Shown piece by piece: positions 17,135 to 25,687 of a stretch of 64,000 bases of DNA. The DNA is from Methanomicrobia archaeon (GTDB taxonomy: Archaea > Halobacteriota > Bog-38 > Methanoflorentales > Methanoflorentaceae): positions 4,479 to 68,478 of the forward strand of contig JACTTZ010000003.1 of NCBI GenBank assembly GCA_015660915.1, written 5' to 3'. Position numbers and translations under genes: made by a program. Position 1 is the stretch's first letter, and each line of letters begins with the position of its first letter. The notes beneath the pieces were generated by a model. It worked only from the letters and a program-made list of their open reading frames with translations. It had not been told where the DNA came from and ran no database searches.

Positions 17135-18406
17135 ATGACGATTATCATAGGGATCAATTTCGGTGCGTATGTGTTATTAGCTGCCGATACACGAGCTACT
17201 CTCCTCAACTTGAGCAACCGCCCATACCGCCGTCGCGATGATCACAAAAAGATTAACAAGACTAGCTCTGGCATAGTCGCAGGTCGAGGTATTGATGAAC
17301 TCCTTGAACTTGTCAATTCCAAGTTTGATGAAATTCATGAGATCATTAGTACTGATGAAGTTCGAAGAATCATAAACAATGAAAGACAACATTTCCGCGA
17401 ACTTTACCCAGAGAACAAACAAGGCATTGAAAACACTGCTTGGATTTTTAGCTATTTAACGTTTAGCGAAGGAACTTTCGACAAAGGCACACCGACTCTT
17501 CGACTAGGCGTCAATGGTCGTGGCATAGACATCATTGGACGTCGCCACATAGTCGACAACTGCCCTTGCGTAATTCCGCCACCCGAGGCAACTAAACAAG
17601 ATGCTAGTTTTATCTTTGACTTTCTGAATGAATCAATAAAGGGCTTCGATCAGTTTAAGACGATAGGCGACAGCATCGAATATCATTGGTCATTAATTGC
17701 CCGTTTAATTCGAACAATTCAGCCTAAGTTTGATAGCATAAGTCGTCATTGTCAGATAGGTGTGCATACACTAGACGGTCATACCGGTATATCTTCAATT
17801 CTAAAAGACACCGATACTAGCGCTTCAATAACTCTGAAGCCACCACCTTCACCGTCGAGCGTCATATCTACCGTGGGACGATTAACTACTCTGACGAACG
17901 AAGCATATGGGTTTAGAATAACATATCCTGTAACTTGGAAAATTGAAGAGGCGCTTTCCGCGTTTGATCCCGTCAGAGTCCGCATCTTCTTACCTACAGA
18001 TGATTACGAGGATAACGTTAGCGTTGCTATGTTCAGTCTCGAGCCAAATACATCGCTTGATGGCGTTATCAAATACAACTTAAATGATATTCGAAACCTT
18101 AACGACATCCGCCTTGTATCAGAAAGAAACTCCACTATCGCTAATCATCCTTCCTACACAGCGGTGTTTGAAGGGATTGTTCCTGTTCAGCTAAGCGAAA
18201 CGTCTCCCGTCGCCCAAGATATAATACATAAAGCGAAACAAATATGCGCGGTGAATAATGACGCGCTTTACGTCGTCACCTACAAAACGGCGCGAGACAA
18301 GTACGACCAGTATTTAGCGCCAGCGCAACGAATCATGGATTCTTTTGTTTTCGTCAGACCACACGATATATTCAAACCGAACAAAAAATGGTTAATTCGA
18401 TACTGA
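17135..18406 (+). CDS. Ntn-hydrolase (proteasome beta / HslV-like) domain protein fused to a C-terminal domain of unknown function
   Basis: N-terminus MTIIIGINFGAYVLLAADTRAT mirrors the proteasome-beta TTIVGIK..GVVLAADTRAT, with Thr2 positioned as a potential N-terminal nucleophile. The C-terminal 200 aa are a beta-rich domain, possibly PsbP/Mog1-like. Confidence 0.4.
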   Translation: MTIIIGINFGAYVLLAADTRATLLNLSNRPYRRRDDHKKINKTSSGIVAGRGIDELLELVNSKFDEIHEIISTDEVRRIINNERQHFRELYPENKQGIENTAWIFSYLTFSEGTFDKGTPTLRLGVNGRGIDIIGRRHIVDNCPCVIPPPEATKQDASFIFDFLNESIKGFDQFKTIGDSIEYHWSLIARLIRTIQPKFDSISRHCQIGVHTLDGHTGISSILKDTDTSASITLKPPPSPSSVISTVGRLTTLTNEAYGFRITYPVTWKIEEALSAFDPVRVRIFLPTDDYEDNVSVAMFSLEPNTSLDGVIKYNLNDIRNLNDIRLVSERNSTIANHPSYTAVFEGIVPVQLSETSPVAQDIIHKAKQICAVNNDALYVVTYKTARDKYDQYLAPAQRIMDSFVFVRPHDIFKPNKKWLIRY

Positions 18407-18609
18407 GAAATGTTCTTCTTAGATCGTATATAGATGCCGAACCTGTGCTCAGGCAGACAGATGTTTACAGCGCGGTAAGGGTTCCAATATGGAGCGTTTC
18501 GCGCTTCTTTTTTCTTGGTTGCACGCCTACGCTATATCCGCACGTGCTTTCATCTAAGTTATCGGTCAGGGCACGGATCGTCTCACGCTAACCGCACATC
18601 CGCCCAATA

Positions 18610-18861
18610 CTAGATATACGTATCATAGACGTTCTCCGGCAATGGGTGTTTGTAGTGCTTCCAATCGATGCCGCTCACCCCGTGCGTCAGGATGTCAGCG
18701 CGATTTGGTTGGATCCACTCGATAATACCAATACTGTTCACGAAACTACACAGATCGTTGGGTAGCGCTTCTGTCAGCGGTAGGATCTGGCAGGGCAGTG
18801 CCGCAGTTTGCGTGCGTACGAGGCACATCGAATGCCACCATCCCCACATTTTTTTCATCAA
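18610..18861 (-). pseudogene. tyrosine integrase C-terminal remnant
   Basis: ...ILTHGVSGIDWKHYKHPLPENVYDTYI* matches the intact integrase. The upstream part is unrelated. Confidence 0.55.
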
Positions 18862-19078
18862 GTCTCAAAAGAAGCCCCTGAACGAAGGAAATTCAAAAAA
18901 GAGATGATGATCGGGGAGTAACTAACAGGCTAGTCTAAACGTAATAACTAGATTTCAAGGTGCCACCTTAATCCAGCCGTGCCCTTATCGCGCGGCTAAA
19001 ATGCTCATTCAAGCGCTTTGATGGGGGGAAACCCTATATCGCGGAACCTTTCATAACCGTGTAAAGGAGGTAAGTAGA

Positions 19079-19489
19079 ATGGTCGCACTACCTGAAAAGG
19101 TAATAGAGAACTTCAACACGTGGAAGGGGCGCGCCCGCGCCGTGTTCGCGACGGTAAGCGATGCGGGCGTACCCAACGTGGTTCCTGTTGGGGCGCTTAT
19201 GGTGAAAGATCCAGAGACGATCCTCATCGGCGACAACTTCTTCAAGAAAACAGCCGAAAACGTGAGGCGACCGAACTGCCATGTGGCCGTAACGTCGTGG
19301 ATCGGCAGGGAGGGCTATCAGGTGAAGGGCACTGGTAACTACGTGACTGACGGCCCCGACTACGAGATGATGAAGCAGTTTATAAAGGCGATCAACCCGA
19401 ACCTGCCAGCTAAGGGCTGCCTCGTGATGAAGGTCACTGAGGTGTTTGACGTCGCGCCCGGGCCGAGCGCGGGAGAGAAGATCGTGTAG
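19079..19489 (+). CDS. pyridoxamine 5'-phosphate oxidase-like FMN/F420-binding split-barrel protein
   Basis: Size about 135 aa; pattern NVVPVG..ILIGDNFF..T..N typical of PNPOx-related small flavin-binding proteins. Confidence 0.55.
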   Translation: MVALPEKVIENFNTWKGRARAVFATVSDAGVPNVVPVGALMVKDPETILIGDNFFKKTAENVRRPNCHVAVTSWIGREGYQVKGTGNYVTDGPDYEMMKQFIKAINPNLPAKGCLVMKVTEVFDVAPGPSAGEKIV

Positions 19490-19908
19490 ATCGGTGTCGA
19501 AAAAATAAGCACTCGTGCAGGCTTTTATGATCCCACAAGTATAGCGCATACGCGTCATATGCATCGCAGCGGATGCTTATGACGTCACCACTCTACGCGT
19601 GAAACTCCGTGGGGCAAGACATCATTGCTTTCGCTGCAATCTGAAATGCTTGGTGATATAACCTCTTATTTTGTTTATAACCCCGACGCTGAAGTCTGTT
19701 ACACTTCCCGGCCGAGGCTTAACAGTCGGTTCACCTTTCGCTACCTGCTCACCGGTTTACACTCTCTTGTAGTGGAAAGCGACAGGCTCGTTACCTTTTA
19801 AATGGACTGGCAAAGCGAGTGCATTTGTCTCAAGATATCAGTTGAACCGAAAGACAAAAAATAACTGAACTCAAAGCGACGAACAAACTAGATCCAGTCT
19901 GCGAATGG

Positions 19909-20196
19909 GTGGGAGGTGAAACATTGCAAAGCGACGAAGAACTGATGAGGTTAGCTCGAAAACGCGCTGAAGACAGGGTTGGATTCTATATACACCTCAC
20001 CATTTACGTCGTGGTGAACCTTTTCCTCGTAGCCGTATGGTGGTTTACAGGCGCGGGGTTCCCGTGGTTTGTCTTTGTGATCGGTTTTTGGGCGATCGGA
20101 TTAGTCGCCCACGGCGCGAGCGTCTTTATGGGGGGTGGAATGACGGATAGGATCACTGAACGCGAATATCAGAAACTCAAACGAGATAAGGAATAG
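19909..20196 (+). CDS. 2TM-domain small membrane protein
   Basis: Two hydrophobic helices after a basic N-terminus (RVGFYIHLTIYVVVNLFLVAVWW...); resembles 2TM family proteins. Confidence 0.4.
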   Translation: MGGETLQSDEELMRLARKRAEDRVGFYIHLTIYVVVNLFLVAVWWFTGAGFPWFVFVIGFWAIGLVAHGASVFMGGGMTDRITEREYQKLKRDKE

Positions 20197-20217
20197 CGAG
20201 CGACCTTTTTAACTGGG

Positions 20218-21045
20218 CTAAGCGTCGAATCTCACATCTTTCCAGTACTTCATGTATACGTCATACACGTTCTCAGGCAGCGGGTGCTTGTAAAATCGCC
20301 AATCGACACCTGAAACGCCGTGAGTGAGTACATAGTTCTTATTCGATTGATCCCACAGCAGAATATCGGATTGTTGCTCACAGAATTTTCTTAGATCTCC
20401 GTTTACTATACGGGCCCCGCTGTTCAACAATCGAACGCCAGTGTGCTTGAGCCACTCCTGAAAGGATAGTTGCTGAAAAACAAATTCATCATCAGGCCGA
20501 TCTTCCAACGCGGGAATCATCGCCTCTACAACTTGCGGATGCAGGGGGCAATAATGCTGCATTCGGATTTTGTCTTGCCACGGAAGCACGTCGACAGCAG
20601 GCTTCTTCGTTTTCACAGCTTCCCTGAACTGGCCGACGGTTAACCGTGCTATTGTTGCCAAAGGCCGCTGCCCAGTGAACGCACCAAACAACGTCAGTGC
20701 TTTGTAATTAAGGCGGTGATAGTCATCTATCCGCCCGACACTATAGGAGAGTTCAATCGCCTTCAGCACATTCTCAACGTCTTCTTTCGTAATGATTCTC
20801 GAAGTGACATGCTTACGCGTTTTGAGCGTTTTAGGCATTTCCAAAAAGAGTTCAAATGCCTGAAAGCGCATGTCGAACGTCGTCTTCGCGAGATACTTCA
20901 AAAGACCTTTGGTGAAATAGAGCACTTTGCGTTTTGAATAGACGCAAGTGTATTTTGTCAGAGTGAAATTGCGCACTGCGTCTATCGTTTCCTTGCTAAC
21001 AGTGCCGTGCGTATGCTTCCAGACGATTTCAGCCGCCTTATTCAT
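20218..21045 (-). CDS. int: tyrosine recombinase / phage-type integrase (intact copy)
   Basis: Catalytic signature in order: R (TGQRPLAT), H..LRKF (box II), HGVSGVDWRFY (His/Trp + Tyr nucleophile). Three co-oriented C-terminal remnants lie nearby. Confidence 0.7.
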   Translation of the reverse strand: MNKAAEIVWKHTHGTVSKETIDAVRNFTLTKYTCVYSKRKVLYFTKGLLKYLAKTTFDMRFQAFELFLEMPKTLKTRKHVTSRIITKEDVENVLKAIELSYSVGRIDDYHRLNYKALTLFGAFTGQRPLATIARLTVGQFREAVKTKKPAVDVLPWQDKIRMQHYCPLHPQVVEAMIPALEDRPDDEFVFQQLSFQEWLKHTGVRLLNSGARIVNGDLRKFCEQQSDILLWDQSNKNYVLTHGVSGVDWRFYKHPLPENVYDVYMKYWKDVRFDA

Positions 21046-21271
21046 CCAGTTGCTGCTCTTCCGGTCAAGGCCTGCTTTACGCCATTTTTTATAACCAATA
21101 AGCTGGTTTCGTGAGAACGTTAATTGAAGTGAGCTAATGTCTTGCCCGTTTACTGATTCAAGTGGAACTCTAATCCGTGCTTTTTCACTCGTTAAAATGG
21201 TTTGAAATAAGCTTTGAGCATCAGAAATGTCTTGCTTTGTCGAAAGAGCACCAAAAAGAGGAGGAGAGCTC

Positions 21272-21350
21272 GACAGGGCTCCATGATAGGCCGCTACACT
21301 ACCCGGGCTTGCGCAAAAATGGTGGTTGCACAGAGCACAACTTACTAGGC
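21272..21350. repeat. about 80-bp imperfect direct repeat copy A (gacagggctc..tgataggccgctac...gcttgcgcaa...tgcacagagc)
   Basis: About 80% identical to 22414-22490; the pair flanks the 21390-22169 gene. Confidence 0.7.
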
Positions 21351-21389
21351 AGGGGATGAAAGATAAAGGTTTCTGCGGAGATTCGGAGC

Positions 21390-22169
21390 GTGCTTCTGCC
21401 TCTGACGTGTTTATCCAATCTGTTCTATGAGTTCTTCCAAGCTCAATATCTCACCTCAACCTTCGAGATGTTATGGAAGCAGGCTGTTCCGGCGAAAGAA
21501 CAAATACAAGAGCTTTGGAGCGGGGACCTCAGCAGGCATAAAGGGCGCGCAAGCGACGATAATACAAATGCAACTGCTCCACTTTTAAGCAGAGGTCTTC
21601 AACCGTTTTTTGCGGTACGTGACTCAAATAAGTCACGCGGCCTTATAAACTCGAAGGTCCTTTTTTTAGCAATGGTCTATAAGACAATCCTTGAAAACGT
21701 GAAGGACATTATAGCTGCCAGTTTAACGGTAGTGGAATCTGCAAAGAACGAAATCATCTGGCTCCTACCACCTCAGATGTTGGTCTTCGCCGGTCAATTC
21801 GGCGTGACTAGCAAATCAAAGGCGCTAATAGAAAAAGGCGGACGAGTAAGGGGCATCACTCAGATTTCAGAAACCGACCTTCGTGTCGTGCGCGAATTGT
21901 TGGACATCGGCGAAGATGTGCGCCACGTCGATCAGTATCGAGGAGAGTTCATGGTGGTTGTAGACAAAACAGAATGCATCAGTTCAATACCTCAGCAGAG
22001 TGTCAATATCGGGGATCTCTCGCTTGATGATCGCGTAGTAGGGTTCTGGACTGATGAGCCAGCCTATGCCGAATACCTTATCACCACCTTTGAAGCTGCG
22101 TGGAAAGAAGCAGTCGATGCAAAAAAGCGCATAGAAGAGCTATTGCAGCAAGATCTGCCGCAGAGTTGA
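21390..22169 (+). CDS. TrmB C-terminal (sugar-binding-like) domain protein lacking an N-terminal HTH; mosaic
   Basis: The C-terminal 170 aa are similar to the C-domains of the TrmB paralogs at 39996, 40840 and 43329. The N-terminal segment TFEMLWKQAVPAKEQIQEL resembles the C-terminal tail of those paralogs. Confidence 0.45.
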   Translation: MLLPLTCLSNLFYEFFQAQYLTSTFEMLWKQAVPAKEQIQELWSGDLSRHKGRASDDNTNATAPLLSRGLQPFFAVRDSNKSRGLINSKVLFLAMVYKTILENVKDIIAASLTVVESAKNEIIWLLPPQMLVFAGQFGVTSKSKALIEKGGRVRGITQISETDLRVVRELLDIGEDVRHVDQYRGEFMVVVDKTECISSIPQQSVNIGDLSLDDRVVGFWTDEPAYAEYLITTFEAAWKEAVDAKKRIEELLQQDLPQS

Positions 22170-22413
22170 TTGTCGACCCTCAGGCCGGCATGACTAGCAA
22201 AGGCTGTTTTTGATTGCGAAGAATCACACATATCATCTCTTTTGAAACTCCGCAGAAGAATGTCAATTGGAACGTCCTGAGGCTTTGCTGCTAGTGTGGA
22301 GCAGGCAAAAATCCCAATTGTGCGTTTACAGCGTAAGCGTATTACTAAGCGGCTGCCCGGCAACACAAAATAGCTGTTAATTCTGCGAAACTGTTTCGAA
22401 AATAGGAGTCCCT

Positions 22414-22490
22414 GACAGGGCTCACTGATAGGCCGCTACTTCCCAAGCTTGCGCAATCGCGGGGGTGCACACAGCCCAGTTGCTAGTCAA
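22414..22490. repeat. direct repeat copy B
   Basis: See 21272-21350. Confidence 0.7.
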
Positions 22491-22557
22491 GCGTTGATTA
22501 CATACTTTCTACGAGTGAGTGCAGGCCGTTAGAAGCAACTTGAAACGAAGTGCGAGC

Positions 22558-23595
22558 TTAGCACACGCGTGGAACGGGATCACCAAGCGGTGCATCAACA
22601 AAGCGAGTTCCGCCGATATGCGTCGTCATCAGGACTTTTTGGCCTTCCTTCACCTCGCCGATTATCGCCGCGTTCTTCCCGTACTTGGTTTTCTTGACTG
22701 CGTGGAGCACTGCTTCGGCGCTCTCCGCCTCCACACCGATGATCGCCTTGCCCTCGTTTGCCACTTCGAGCACATCGATGCCGAGCATTTCGGCAGCTGC
22801 CCTTATCGACGGATTGATCGGCAGCGACTCCTCTTGAATGAGCACCTCGACGCCGCTCTTGTGCGCCATGTCGTTGAGCGCGCTGGCGACGCCACCTCGC
22901 GTGGGGTCCTTCATAGCCGTTATTGCTGTTGAGTCAGCCGCGTCGAGAGCAGCCTTTACGGTGTGCCAGATCGGTGCGACGTCTGAGCGCAGTTCAGTTC
23001 GAAAGTGAAAGTCCTCTCGCTTGGCAAGCACAGCGATTCCGTGATCGCCGATCGTGCCGGTGATGATGAGCTTGTTCCCAGGCTTCAGACCGCAATCCCG
23101 CACCGGCCTTTCAACAAAGCCTATCCCGGCAGTGTTAATGATAATCTTATCGAGCGCGCCTTTTTCCACGACCTTCGTGTCGCCGGTCACGATCGCCGTG
23201 TCAACCTCCTGCGTTGCCTCATCCATCGATGCGACTATCTTGCGCAAATCGCTGATCGCAAATCCATCCTCCATGACGATCGCACTCGTCAGCGCGAGCG
23301 GCGCTGCACCCATCATCGCAAGGTCGTTGACCGTTCCTGAAACCGAGAGCCGCCCAATATCCCCTCCGGGAAAGAAGATCGGCTTGACGACGTGCGTGTC
23401 CGTAGTGAGCACAAGGAAGCCCCCTTGAGCCAGCGGAATAGCAGCCCCGTCATCTAACGATTCTAAGCCAATACCGCCGGCGTTCTTGTTTTTGATCTTC
23501 GTCAGGACGTCGGCGATCAAGGCGTTCATCATCTCTCCGCCCGCGCCGTGGAGCAGGCTGACGTTCTTTTCGACTCTCGCTCGTTCCGATTGCAT
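22558..23595 (-). CDS. hypE: [NiFe]-hydrogenase maturation protein HypE
   Basis: AIR-synthase-related fold; N-terminal LHGAGG and overall HypE pattern. Confidence 0.8.
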   Translation of the reverse strand: MQSERARVEKNVSLLHGAGGEMMNALIADVLTKIKNKNAGGIGLESLDDGAAIPLAQGGFLVLTTDTHVVKPIFFPGGDIGRLSVSGTVNDLAMMGAAPLALTSAIVMEDGFAISDLRKIVASMDEATQEVDTAIVTGDTKVVEKGALDKIIINTAGIGFVERPVRDCGLKPGNKLIITGTIGDHGIAVLAKREDFHFRTELRSDVAPIWHTVKAALDAADSTAITAMKDPTRGGVASALNDMAHKSGVEVLIQEESLPINPSIRAAAEMLGIDVLEVANEGKAIIGVEAESAEAVLHAVKKTKYGKNAAIIGEVKEGQKVLMTTHIGGTRFVDAPLGDPVPRVC

Positions 23596-23615
23596 TGGAT
23601 CAGTCCCCTCGCCGT

Positions 23616-23966
23616 CTAGCTCTCGTCTTCGAGTTCGACTTTGAGATTTTTAATGCAGATGCCCCTGCCCGAAAGCAGCTCGTACATACCGCCGCACTTG
23701 GGGCACAAGTAATCCTCGTCGCCCAACGCGCCTTCAAAGCCGCACTTGCACTTGGCTACTGCAGGAAGTGTCTCGACGTTCATTTCGGCGCCTTCAAAGG
23801 GGCCGCCCTCCGTGATAACTTCAAAGCAGAACTTGAGCTGCTCGGGGTTCACCATCGCGAGCTGACCGACTTCGACGGTTACCGAGATAAGCCGTTTCAC
23901 CGGCTTGCTTGCGACCGTTTCCTTCACGACGTTAACGATCTCGGTCGCGAGGCCAAACTCATGCAT
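23616..23966 (-). CDS. hypA: hydrogenase nickel-insertion protein HypA
   Basis: Starts MHEFGLA; C-terminal CxxC...CxxC zinc site. The track start at 24005 is an upstream in-frame extension. Confidence 0.75.
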   Translation of the reverse strand: MHEFGLATEIVNVVKETVASKPVKRLISVTVEVGQLAMVNPEQLKFCFEVITEGGPFEGAEMNVETLPAVAKCKCGFEGALGDEDYLCPKCGGMYELLSGRGICIKNLKVELEDES

Positions 23967-24189
23967 TTTCCTGCTCGAGCTCTTCCAACTCCTTAAAAAT
24001 CGCAAGCGTTTCGAGCGCAGCTTCCTTGCTGAGCTTCTCTATGGCAAAACCGACATGGATAAGCACATAGTCGCCTGGATGGACGTCTTCGACGAGATCC
24101 AAGTTTATTTCCTGTTCTAGGCCGCCGTAATCGACGACGCCTTTGTTTCCTTCGACCTTAATGACCTCGGCAGGAATTGCAAGACACAT
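23959..24189 (-). CDS. hypC: hydrogenase assembly chaperone HypC
   Basis: N-terminal MCLAIP signature; 76 aa. Confidence 0.8.
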   Translation of the reverse strand: MCLAIPAEVIKVEGNKGVVDYGGLEQEINLDLVEDVHPGDYVLIHVGFAIEKLSKEAALETLAIFKELEELEQENA

Positions 24190-24444
24190 GTAAATTGACT
24201 CCTATAACGAGCAAGAATGCGAAGCCCGTCGCAGCACCGGCTTACAAGAAGAGCGGGGCGTACTTCGTTTCGTTACGTACATCTGTCCCGCGAGCCATAT
24301 ATAGCTTACCTCGCTCCGCTTGGCCACAAACGCGCTAAAAAGTTTTTAAATGAAGCGCTCACTATATCCATTGTCGAGCGACCGGCCGCAAGACGCGTGG
24401 TCCTCTTTAGCTTTTTGTCCGTGTGGAGGCGGAGATATGCCAAT

Positions 24445-25677
24445 ATGAGCGACTCAATCGAATCACTGAAGCGCTACGAGTTTAAGCGCGTCATCGAGAC
24501 CCTCGAAGGCAAAAAAGGACAGGCGACCGAACTCATTACCATCTATATCCCGCCTGACAAACAGATCTCTGACGTTGTAAGCCAGCTGCGCGACGAATAC
24601 GGCCAGGCGTCCAACATCAAATCGAAGAGCACGCGCACCAACGTGCAGAGCGCACTCTCATCGATCACGTCGCGCCTTAAGTACTATCGCTTCCCGCCGT
24701 CCAATGGCCTTGTGATCTTTACGGGGACGATCTCGCTCGGAGGTGACAAGACGACCATGGAAACGCTCGTCGTGGAACCCATTGAACCGATCAAGTCGTA
24801 CCAGTACCGGTGCGACTCGACCTTCAACCTCGAGCCGCTCAAGGAGATGCTCAAAGAAAAGGAGGTATTCGGACTCGTCGTGCTCGACCGAAACGAGGCA
24901 ACGGTCGGCATCCTCAACGGCAAGCGTATTGAGCCGATCAAGCATCTCACATCCGGAGTCCCCGGCAAGCACACAAAGGGCGGCCAATCGCAGCGCCGTT
25001 TCGAACGGCTGCGCCTCATCGCGATCCACGAGTTCTACAAGCGCATCGGTGAGGCTGCCAACAACGAGTTTCTGCAGCATCCCGAACTCAAGGGCGTACT
25101 TATCGGTGGCCCGAGCCCGACCAAAGAAGAGTTCGTCGACGGCGAGTACCTCCACCACGAGCTGCAGCAACGGATTCTGGGGGCATTTGACGCGTCCTAT
25201 ACCGACGAGTTCGGCCTTTCAGAGCTCGTCGAAAACGGCGCTGAGGTGCTACAAGAGCTCGATTTGATGCGCGAAAAGAACGTCGTGGAGCGCTTCCTCA
25301 AAGAGCTCGTGCACGACTCAAACAAGGCGACCTACGGTGAGAGACAGGTGCGAAAAGCGCTCCAGCTAGGCGCCGTTGACACACTCCTCCTCTCAGAGGC
25401 ACTTCGCATCCAGCGCGTGACCAATAGCTGCCCGCTGTGCGGGTTCACGCTCGAAGAGACGATCCGCGGCATAAAGGGGGTGGGTGTATGTCCCAAGTGT
25501 GAGGGCGCTATGGAACGCGTGCACGAAGAAGACGTCGTCGATGAACTTATCCGCCGGGCCGGAGACACGGGAACCTCGGTGGAATTCATCTCAACCGACT
25601 TCAATGAGGGCGAGCAGCTTATGCGAGCATTTGGCGGCATTGCGGCCATCCTTCGCTTTGCGATCGACGAGCACTGA
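24445..25677 (+). CDS. prf1: peptide chain release factor aRF1
   Basis: eRF1 domain order; NIKS-like (SNIKSKSTR) and GGQ motifs. Likely start at MSDSIESLKRYEF. Confidence 0.85.
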   Translation: MSDSIESLKRYEFKRVIETLEGKKGQATELITIYIPPDKQISDVVSQLRDEYGQASNIKSKSTRTNVQSALSSITSRLKYYRFPPSNGLVIFTGTISLGGDKTTMETLVVEPIEPIKSYQYRCDSTFNLEPLKEMLKEKEVFGLVVLDRNEATVGILNGKRIEPIKHLTSGVPGKHTKGGQSQRRFERLRLIAIHEFYKRIGEAANNEFLQHPELKGVLIGGPSPTKEEFVDGEYLHHELQQRILGAFDASYTDEFGLSELVENGAEVLQELDLMREKNVVERFLKELVHDSNKATYGERQVRKALQLGAVDTLLLSEALRIQRVTNSCPLCGFTLEETIRGIKGVGVCPKCEGAMERVHEEDVVDELIRRAGDTGTSVEFISTDFNEGEQLMRAFGGIAAILRFAIDEH

Positions 25678-25687
25678 CGGAGACGCG

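Noticed and set aside
19700-19760. GCCGAGG at 19707, complementary to the acceptor strand of the orphan tRNA 3' half at 2057-2108. Considered as the missing 5' half of that tRNA.
   Set aside because: The following bases cannot form a D-arm or anticodon arm. Judged a chance 7-mer match, not a tRNA half.
20217-20240. The tcgaatctc 9-mer at the integrase stop codon matches part of the T-loop of the orphan tRNA fragment. Considered as an SSV-type att site within int.
   Set aside because: Only a 9-nt match, and the fragments are C-terminal rather than the N-terminal split expected for SSV-type integrases. Insufficient evidence.
24658-25267. Overlapping ORFs on both strands (170, 111 and 174 aa)
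   Set aside because: All lie within the aRF1 coding region and are low-complexity. aRF1 has clear family motifs, so these are shadow ORFs.
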